Of a DNA stretch of 64,000 nucleotides, positions 54,453-61,281 are shown piece by piece. The position numbers and the translations under genes were made by a program. The number at the start of each line of letters is the position of its first letter. Position 1 is the stretch's first letter. The notes under the pieces were generated by a model. That model was not told the DNA's origin and made no database searches. It worked only from the letters and a program-made list of their open reading frames with translations. This DNA is from a virus, in UHGV virus genome UHGV-1430452; one strand, 5' to 3'.

Positions 54453-54478
54453 CATAATAGGCGTTGTTTTAGTCGCGA
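54453..54478 (-). promoter_or_regulatory. conserved promoter-like motif copy
   Basis: cataataggcgttgttttagtcgcga. Confidence 0.55.
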
Positions 54479-54657
54479 TCATCAAACGGTACTTCTATGT
54501 TTTCAATCTCGTCAGAAATAATCTCCCCGTCACCGATAAGTAGTTCTCTTTTGTTTATTTGATTAACGCTAGTTCGATATATACCCTCAGCTACTGCTAG
54601 TCCGATAAATGTACTTACTCCCCAAAGAATTCCTTTGATTAATTTATTAGTATCCAT
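54469..54657 (-). CDS. small membrane protein (~62 aa); start trimmed to internal ATG
   Basis: SD-like GAGGAAAA before ATG at 54657; TM ILWGVSTFIGLAVAEGIY. Confidence 0.5.
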   Translation of the reverse strand: MDTNKLIKGILWGVSTFIGLAVAEGIYRTSVNQINKRELLIGDGEIISDEIENIEVPFDDRD

Positions 54658-54737
54658 TTTGAATTTTCCTCTCATGATATATTCTCTATTGGAAATCAAA
54701 AGGAAGAGTATCTGCATAGATACCCGCCTTTTTGTTT

Positions 54738-54953
54738 TTAATTATTGCTTGTGGTCCAACCCATGTTGTTCTGTGTGAATGAGTTGTTAATGCCGTTGAT
54801 AGTTCTTACTCTATCCTCGTACAATGAATTGTCGCTAATGATGCTAACTCCGAATTTCCATTTGAAGTCTGGAATTTCGTTAGCTGCTTTCATAGCTTCA
54901 TCCCATTTCTCAAGGAAGACTTCTATCGCATATCCTCTCTCTACACTATCCAT
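54738..54953 (-). CDS. hypothetical protein (71 aa)
   Basis: co-directional ORF; motif upstream. Confidence 0.6.
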   Translation of the reverse strand: MDSVERGYAIEVFLEKWDEAMKAANEIPDFKWKFGVSIISDNSLYEDRVRTINGINNSFTQNNMGWTTSNN

Positions 54954-54980
54954 GTCGTTACCCTCCTTTATAATAATTTT

Positions 54981-55008
54981 CTATAAAGGAGCGTGTAATT
55001 TTCGCGAA
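54981..55008 (-). promoter_or_regulatory. conserved promoter-like motif copy
   Basis: ctataaaggagcgtgtaattttcgcgaa. Confidence 0.55.
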
Positions 55009-55056
55009 TATCTAATCCCGTGCATTAATCAACTTCAGATTCTCACTTCGTTCTAA

Positions 55057-55476
55057 TCAATCCCTAGCATTCGATAGCAGCCAAAAGAACCTTCTGTACC
55101 TGTCGTAATACATGTCTCTACCGCACGGAATATCTAACTTTGACCGCAGGTAAGTATACGATAAACCCTCTGTAACCGCTTTTAAAATGTAATCGTACAA
55201 ATAACGGTCTGCATCCAAAGCTATCCTCTCGATTAGATCGATTTTCTCTTTATAATAAGCTCTCAAGATTGCTCTCTTACCTGTTGGATCACCAGGCATA
55301 TTGCTCGTTGGGATTTTCTCGATCATGGATAACGGTACAGAATGATCGTTAAAAGCAGCATAAGCACTCTTCCATATCGGATACTGTAAACAAAAATGTT
55401 TTAGTTCGTAATATCGATGTTTGCTAATCCAGTATTTGTTGTTCTCAGACAGCTCTGGACGTATTCTTGTTGCCAT
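55057..55476 (-). CDS. hypothetical protein (139 aa)
   Basis: SD GAAGGAGAAAAA. Confidence 0.7.
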   Translation of the reverse strand: MATRIRPELSENNKYWISKHRYYELKHFCLQYPIWKSAYAAFNDHSVPLSMIEKIPTSNMPGDPTGKRAILRAYYKEKIDLIERIALDADRYLYDYILKAVTEGLSYTYLRSKLDIPCGRDMYYDRYRRFFWLLSNARD

Positions 55477-55617
55477 TTTGATTTTTCTCCTTCAATTTAT
55501 TCTTCCTGCATTTATCTGCTTTCTTCATAAATTTAACAGTGGCTTTTTCCAACTTCTCTCTATCAACTTCTCCATAAACATTAACGATAGCATTCTTATA
55601 ACGGTATGTTTCCATCA

Positions 55618-55836
55618 CTATTTACTCCGTGATAAGAATATGTCCAATGCTTCTAGGTTAGTTAATCCAAGAACCTCTTTTAACTTAGCCGCTTCATTTA
55701 CCGTAAATGCATCAAATCCATTTAGCTTACGATAAAAAGAAGATCTGTTGATGTCGATCAGATCAGCGGTCTTAGCCACGTTCAATCCCTTTTCGACTAT
55801 CTTGCCTTTTAATTTATTCGCATTCATGCACATCAC
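55618..55836 (-). CDS. Cro/XRE-type HTH regulator (72 aa), divergent from plus-strand regulator
   Basis: HTH VAKTADLIDINRSSFYRKLNG. Confidence 0.7.
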   Translation of the reverse strand: MMCMNANKLKGKIVEKGLNVAKTADLIDINRSSFYRKLNGFDAFTVNEAAKLKEVLGLTNLEALDIFLSRSK

Positions 55837-56052
55837 CTCTCGCTGTATTTGTCGCTTATCTGCAACAACACGAGAATATCACCAGCTTACTTTTTCTGTC
55901 AATAACTTTTTCGCATAAAACGAAAACGATTTATTCTAGAATACAATTTATTTGCATATATGCGATTTTGTGTGTATCATATGGATTGATAAGAGAAGAA
56001 TAAGAAAGAGTCCTAAGACTCATCTTCGCGATAGTATAAAGGAGTTAACCGA
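55837..56052. promoter_or_regulatory. divergent-promoter/operator region of the lysogeny switch; contains palindromes GCATATATGC, ATTCTAGAAT and GAGTC-CTAA-GACTC
   Basis: intergenic between divergently oriented HTH genes; palindromes read directly. Confidence 0.55.
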
Positions 56053-56649
56053 ATGACAATAGGACAAAAAATAAAAGAATTACGCAATCAACTTAATATG
56101 TCGGTGGATGATCTTGCTGTGAAACTGGGTAAGAACCGTGCGACTATCTACCGCTATGAACGAGGAGATATCGAGAACCTCCCTCTCGATGTACTAGAAC
56201 CATTAGCAAATGCTCTTGAGACCACACCTGGTTATTTAATGGGATGGGAAGAAACTACGAAAAAGAAAGAGCCTTCAATTATCGATGAAGTTACCATGGG
56301 TGACGTTTTTAAAGCGTTACGTCTAGGAAGTAATTTATCGATAGAGGAATTTTCGCATGAGATTGGATTATCTGCCCAAGACATAAGCAATTATGAAGCA
56401 GGAAAGACTCCTATACCTGTAAATATAATTAATCTTGTTGCTGATTTCTTTGGCATATCAATAGCGGAAATAGTTAAGGCACACAAAAACAGCGAAAATA
56501 GAACGCCTTCTGGTTTCGAAATGAAAAAGGAACGATTTGAACGTTTTAAAGTTTGGAATAAAGAGTTTGGACGAATACATTTTACTGATGAAGAAATCAA
56601 TAAAATAATGGAATATACAAGGTTCTTACTTAGCCAAAGAAGACAGTAA
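56053..56649 (+). CDS. XRE-family transcriptional regulator with two HTH domains (198 aa), CI-like
   Basis: HTHs LNMSVDDLAVKLGKNRATIYRYERG and LSIEEFSHEIGLSAQDISNYEAG; SD AAAGGAG. Confidence 0.8.
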   Translation: MTIGQKIKELRNQLNMSVDDLAVKLGKNRATIYRYERGDIENLPLDVLEPLANALETTPGYLMGWEETTKKKEPSIIDEVTMGDVFKALRLGSNLSIEEFSHEIGLSAQDISNYEAGKTPIPVNIINLVADFFGISIAEIVKAHKNSENRTPSGFEMKKERFERFKVWNKEFGRIHFTDEEINKIMEYTRFLLSQRRQ

Positions 56650-56734
56650 GTCTACATAGGTTTACTCTATTTAAAGGAGGTGATGCCTGAATTCAGTTCA
56701 TCGTAGAATTTACATCAAAGGAAAGGTGGAACCA

Positions 56735-58312
56735 ATGACAACGTTTGATATGAACAACGCTGTAGACAATGCGTTCGGTATGGACGTATATGCTATCTAT
56801 CTTCGGAAAAGTCGAGCCGATGTAGAAGCAGAAAAACTTGGAGAAGGAGAAACACTAGCAAGGCATAGAAAGATACTAACAGAACTTGCTGCTAGAAAAG
56901 GATTGTATATCGGTAAGATTTACGAGGAAATTGTATCTGGTGAAACAATCGAAGCTAGACCTGAAATACAAAAACTGATAGAAGATTGTTATAAAGGGAA
57001 ATATAGAGGAATCCTAATAGTAGAAGTTACTCGTCTATCTCGTGGTAATCAAGGAGACGCTCAAAAAATACTCGACTGTCTCAAATATTCGAATAGAAAC
57101 AATGGTGTATTAGTTATCACTCCTACTAAGACTTATGACGTTGCACACAGCCAAGAAGACGAAGAATATATGGAGTTTGAATTGTTTATGTCTCGTCGAG
57201 AATATAAGATGATTCAAAAGCGTATGGATCGTGGCCGTAAACAAGCAGTCGTAGAAGGAAACTTCATGGGTAGTTACCGTCCCTATGGATATGACATCTT
57301 AAAAACCAAGACCGGACGAACACTTATACCGAATGAAGATGAAGCTCCTATCGTGAAAATGATTTACGAATGGACAGTTAACGATAATTTATCTCCTTTC
57401 AAGATAGCTGAGCGTTTAACTAATATGGGTGTTCCTACTTATTATGGTGAGAAGGATTGGTCTAAAGAAACAGTTAAAACCATTTTGACGAATCAGACAT
57501 ACATGGGTAAAGTTCGTTGGAATGATCGAATGACTGTTAAGACTATGGTCGACGGAGAACTTAAAGCTACACGACCTCGTTCAAATCATTCCGATCACTT
57601 CATGCTATATGATGGAAAACATATGAAACACGCACTCGTCGACGAAGAAACATTCAAAGCAGCCTCCTCTCGCTTTCATAACGATAGGACAAGATCAAAT
57701 CTAAAACTTGTTAATCCTCTTGCAGGACTTCTATTTTGTAAGAAATGTGGTAAATCTATGGGTTATCAATCATATAGACATAAGAAAAACGGACCAATGG
57801 ATCGATACAATCATAGACAGTCTGCTAATGGATGCAAGGTTAAGTCAGCAGTTGCTGAGGATGTTATAAAAGCTGTTATACATGCTTTGAAACTTTATAT
57901 AGAAGATTTCGAATTTAAGTTAGACAACACTCCAGATGTTGACGAAAATTCAATCAATACGCAGCTCGAAGCTTTACAAAAAGAAATACGAAAATCCGAA
58001 CGAAAACTTGCTAAGCTATTCGATTCTTGGGAAGATGAGAAGATAACAGATAATGAATTTGTTCAAAGGAAAGCCGTCCATAATCAGAAGATAGAAAATA
58101 TAAAGAGGCAAATGGAAGAACTCGAATATTCGATACCAGAAAGAGAAGAATATGAGGATAAAATAATATTGCTGTCTGAAGCACTTGTCGCTATCACAGA
58201 CGAATCGCTTGACGCAGATATTAAGAACGAGTATCTTAAAAGAATCATTGATAGAATAGAGTTTAGTAGAGAGAATAACTCAGAGTTTATACTAGATATA
58301 GACTTATGCTAA
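56735..58312 (+). CDS. large serine recombinase (phage integrase)
   Basis: N-terminal YAIYLRKSRAD catalytic-Ser motif, zinc ribbon CKKCGKS...C, C-terminal coiled coil; start moved to ATG with SD AAAGGTGGA. Confidence 0.85.
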   Translation: MTTFDMNNAVDNAFGMDVYAIYLRKSRADVEAEKLGEGETLARHRKILTELAARKGLYIGKIYEEIVSGETIEARPEIQKLIEDCYKGKYRGILIVEVTRLSRGNQGDAQKILDCLKYSNRNNGVLVITPTKTYDVAHSQEDEEYMEFELFMSRREYKMIQKRMDRGRKQAVVEGNFMGSYRPYGYDILKTKTGRTLIPNEDEAPIVKMIYEWTVNDNLSPFKIAERLTNMGVPTYYGEKDWSKETVKTILTNQTYMGKVRWNDRMTVKTMVDGELKATRPRSNHSDHFMLYDGKHMKHALVDEETFKAASSRFHNDRTRSNLKLVNPLAGLLFCKKCGKSMGYQSYRHKKNGPMDRYNHRQSANGCKVKSAVAEDVIKAVIHALKLYIEDFEFKLDNTPDVDENSINTQLEALQKEIRKSERKLAKLFDSWEDEKITDNEFVQRKAVHNQKIENIKRQMEELEYSIPEREEYEDKIILLSEALVAITDESLDADIKNEYLKRIIDRIEFSRENNSEFILDIDLC

Positions 58313-58373
58313 ATGGTGGCTTTGCTGCCTGTAAGACCTGCACTAAAATGGTGTAGGTAACTTTTTCCCCGAC

Positions 58374-58421
58374 ATATATATCATGGTTGTGTTTCTTTTA
58401 TATCGCCACCATGATATATAT
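58374..58421. other. candidate attP: perfect 14-bp inverted arms ATATATATCATGGT / ACCATGATATATAT flanking a 20-bp asymmetric core
   Basis: read directly, 62 bp downstream of the integrase stop; no U-tract so unlikely a terminator. Confidence 0.4.
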
Positions 58422-58468
58422 CACAGGGAAACTATTCTAAACGTTGATATATCAAGGAGGAGATATAC

Positions 58469-58720
58469 ATGAGAATAGTATGGAAAGACAGTGCGCCTAA
58501 AACAAAACCTTGGTTGACGTTCAAATATAGAGAACATATCGTTAGCCAATATGGAGATGGATGGATTACCGATATACCTGGTGATAACAATATCTATTTT
58601 CCGAGAGAGTGTGCTTATAATGCAATCGATAAGTCTCTAGGTGGAAAGACACGAAAAGCTAATCCTCAAAGACATAAATTAGGAATAAAAGTTATTGGTA
58701 GAAAGGACGATGTATCATGA
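58469..58720 (+). CDS. small protein (83 aa), tandem paralog 1 (MRIVWKDS family)
   Basis: SD AAGGAGGAG; shares MRIVWKDS...GDNN.Y...NAID...G.K.IG.K.D with the next ORF. Confidence 0.7.
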   Translation: MRIVWKDSAPKTKPWLTFKYREHIVSQYGDGWITDIPGDNNIYFPRECAYNAIDKSLGGKTRKANPQRHKLGIKVIGRKDDVS

Positions 58721-58968
58721 GAATCGTATGGAAAGATAGTCATAAGCCAAAAGAATATGAACCTATGAAATATCGAAATATTTACATCTTCGGTACTCCT
58801 GAAGGATGGGAAGTAAATATAAAAGGAGATAATAATCTATACAAGACTCATTACTGTGCTATGAATGCGATTGATGATTACTTTGGAGATTTTGGAGAAC
58901 GTGGTACAGAAAAACGTAAACGATATGGAATACAAATAATAGGTAAGAAAAATGATGAGACTGCATGA
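58717..58968 (+). CDS. small protein (83 aa), tandem paralog 2
   Basis: ATGA overlap with paralog 1. Confidence 0.7.
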   Translation: MRIVWKDSHKPKEYEPMKYRNIYIFGTPEGWEVNIKGDNNLYKTHYCAMNAIDDYFGDFGERGTEKRKRYGIQIIGKKNDETA

Positions 58969-59016
58969 ATCTCAAAAGCCACTTCCTTTTCTGGAGGTGG
59001 CATATTTTTATCTAGG

Positions 59017-59568
59017 TTAGACATTTCTATTTTCGTATGACGTAAATTTTACATTTGTGTACTCGTTAACCAAAAAGCTACATGCTTCATTAACTGTTTT
59101 AACGACGGATTCCCCTTCTATATAACTCTGATAATTCCTTCTTTGATTTTCAAATTTAAGATCAGGTTCAACCATGGTATCTACACTTAACCATATTAGT
59201 TCCGTAGTATAGTCTTCGGTAAAATATCCTTTTATAAAAACCTCTTTCTTTCCAACCGTTCCGATTAGTTTTATAAACGACATATCATGCTTCGTCAGAT
59301 TAAACGCATATCTTATTCCTTTTACATATTGCCCGCCAAGTTTCCTCGACTTAATTGTTTCATAGTAATTATCTTTATTGTTGTTCTTTTTATGCCACTC
59401 ATCCGATATACAAATCCACATTAAAAGTTCGCTTAAAGTTGCAACCATGGATATGCTATTTTGTTTGTCGCTTGTGCTTAAATATTCATGAAATCTTTTA
59501 TGAGATTCTCTTAATCCATGGTTTATATACATTAGCCTAAATTCTTCGACACTATTCATTATCTGCAT
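59017..59568 (-). CDS. hypothetical protein (183 aa), stand-alone unit between integrase region and lysis genes
   Basis: isolated minus-strand ORF. Confidence 0.65.
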   Translation of the reverse strand: MQIMNSVEEFRLMYINHGLRESHKRFHEYLSTSDKQNSISMVATLSELLMWICISDEWHKKNNNKDNYYETIKSRKLGGQYVKGIRYAFNLTKHDMSFIKLIGTVGKKEVFIKGYFTEDYTTELIWLSVDTMVEPDLKFENQRRNYQSYIEGESVVKTVNEACSFLVNEYTNVKFTSYENRNV

Positions 59569-59625
59569 TCCTCCTTTTATCGTAATATTCGACCATATAG
59601 GAGAAATTTCCTTTTAACCATATGA

Positions 59626-59657
59626 AGAAAAATAAAAGGGGCTGTTTTATTCGCCCC
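59626..59657 (-). terminator. rho-independent terminator
   Basis: stem GGGGC/GCCCC loop 10 nt then UUUUAUUUUUC. Confidence 0.65.
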
Positions 59658-59664
59658 AATTATT

Positions 59665-59973
59665 TTACATCTTGTGTGAAATCTCCTCGCAATGCTTTTC
59701 CAATGATTTGATTCGTTCTTCGTGACCCTGATTTTGAATTTTCAGCTCGTCTATTTCAGATCCATGATTCGTAACCCGAGTCTTCAAGTTATTAATCATC
59801 TCGGTCAAGAAGTTTATAGTCGCGTTGAGTTTGATTATGTTTTCGTTTAGCTTTTCGATAGGCTCATTTTTAGAATGTTCTTCCTGAGTAATATCCTTCC
59901 TCAGTTTCATATAGAAAGCGAACACTGAGCCTATGACTGTTAAGACAATGATTATAACTTGATTCTCTGCCAT
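59665..59973 (-). CDS. membrane-anchored coiled-coil protein (102 aa), lysis-associated by position
   Basis: N-terminal TM IIIVLTVIGSVFAFY then coiled coil. Confidence 0.6.
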   Translation of the reverse strand: MAENQVIIIVLTVIGSVFAFYMKLRKDITQEEHSKNEPIEKLNENIIKLNATINFLTEMINNLKTRVTNHGSEIDELKIQNQGHEERIKSLEKHCEEISHKM

Positions 59974-59975
59974 AG

Positions 59976-60269
59976 TTATTTTTCCTTCGCTGTATTATTA
60001 TCGTCTTTCTTACCTTCTACAAATCTACTAAATCCCTGATGTAGACCTGTAGATGCCAGACCCATAACTGCACCATATACGATGGAATCGACAGAGATGC
60101 CGCTTACTGCCGTATTCAATGCTGCGCCGACAACAGCCAGGATGACTGGAATATCGTCGTTAGGGATACGTTTTAAAAAAGTCGCATGTTTGATGATATA
60201 TCCAACCACCAGACAAGCGACCATTACTACAAGTACGAAATGTTCAGTTAAAATTTTTGCGAAATCCAT
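59976..60269 (-). CDS. putative phage holin (97 aa)
   Basis: two TM helices, charged C-terminal tail; sits just downstream of tail fibre genes. Confidence 0.65.
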   Translation of the reverse strand: MDFAKILTEHFVLVVMVACLVVGYIIKHATFLKRIPNDDIPVILAVVGAALNTAVSGISVDSIVYGAVMGLASTGLHQGFSRFVEGKKDDNNTAKEK

Positions 60270-60293
60270 TTTGAATTACCTTCCTTTCTTTTA

Positions 60294-60929
60294 CTAATTA
60301 ACTTTTTCCCATCCAGCAGGATATGCCTCAGGGGAGTACACGTTGTTATCGATAAGTGAAACGTACTTCTCGTTATTGAATGTTATCTTATCTCCCTTTT
60401 TATATGCCGTCTCAGCGTTGATCGGCTGTTTAAATTCTGGATACTCAACGTTAGGATCTGAGATTTCAACATACAAGGACGGAGAAACATCCGGCTTCCA
60501 TTCTTCAGTAGATGTGAACGGATCTGACGCGACAACCTTATAGAATTTATCCTGATAGATAAAGCGATCTCCTTTGCTATATGTAACTCCCACAACATAT
60601 TCCGGATACATATATCTCATAATATAAGCATCTTTGTCAGAAGCTTGTTTAAGTGTAAGATCGAACTGCAACTCTTCAAGTTTCTTAGTTCCTTCTTCGA
60701 TAGCTGCTTCTTTTTCTTTTTCTTTCAGGATATTATTGTAATGCTCTTCGTCATAAACTAGATGGTATTTCTTATCCTCTTCGTTAAGTTTCAAAGCATA
60801 ACAATGTAATTTGGAAAGATCCACAACAGTATCATCGAGAATCGCACAAATATAATTATTGCGTAATTGACGAAGAGAAATGTTAGTTATCTCTCCATTG
60901 ACGTTTTCCGCTTCAACATAAACATTCAT
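60294..60929 (-). CDS. hypothetical protein (211 aa), possibly tail-fibre associated
   Basis: co-directional ORF downstream of tail fibre gene. Confidence 0.65.
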   Translation of the reverse strand: MNVYVEAENVNGEITNISLRQLRNNYICAILDDTVVDLSKLHCYALKLNEEDKKYHLVYDEEHYNNILKEKEKEAAIEEGTKKLEELQFDLTLKQASDKDAYIMRYMYPEYVVGVTYSKGDRFIYQDKFYKVVASDPFTSTEEWKPDVSPSLYVEISDPNVEYPEFKQPINAETAYKKGDKITFNNEKYVSLIDNNVYSPEAYPAGWEKVN

Positions 60930-60945
60930 TGCTCATCACCTCCCC

Positions 60946-61281
60946 TTAAACATCAACAGCCCCCGTATAGGAAGGCTGAGTTTTTAACCAATCGTATGCA
61001 TTTTGAATTAGATCGCCTATAAGTAGTTTCTGAGCCTCATCCCATTCAATGCTAAGATAATCCATGTTGGTGTATGGAAAAGATGGCTCTCCTATGATTC
61101 TACCAGCCATATAATCCTTATCGTATTGACGACCTTCTTTATCAATGTACGATTCTACAATAATAGTAGCTCGCTGATTAATTTCTACGTTAATGGCGGC
61201 AATATGATGATAGCTTACTACTACACCATTAGCGGTTTTAATGTTTACTTCTATAGCCAAAATATCACTCCTAAACTCCAA
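60946..61281 (-). CDS. hypothetical protein (111 aa), possible tail-fibre assembly factor
   Basis: overlaps tail fibre gene end by 11 nt. Confidence 0.6.
   Translation of the reverse strand: MEFRSDILAIEVNIKTANGVVVSYHHIAAINVEINQRATIIVESYIDKEGRQYDKDYMAGRIIGEPSFPYTNMDYLSIEWDEAQKLLIGDLIQNAYDWLKTQPSYTGAVDV

Noticed and set aside
5921-55008. Reading the conserved intergenic motif as a standard sigma70 promoter (TTCGCG as -35, TATTAT as -10)
   Set aside because: Spacing is about 14 bp rather than 17 and TTCGCG is a poor -35 match; kept as a promoter-like motif of unknown specificity.
56726-56734. GTG start used by the ORF track for the integrase (MEPM...), and the TTG start for LemA at 17065
   Set aside because: Internal ATG codons with well-spaced SD sequences are more plausible starts.
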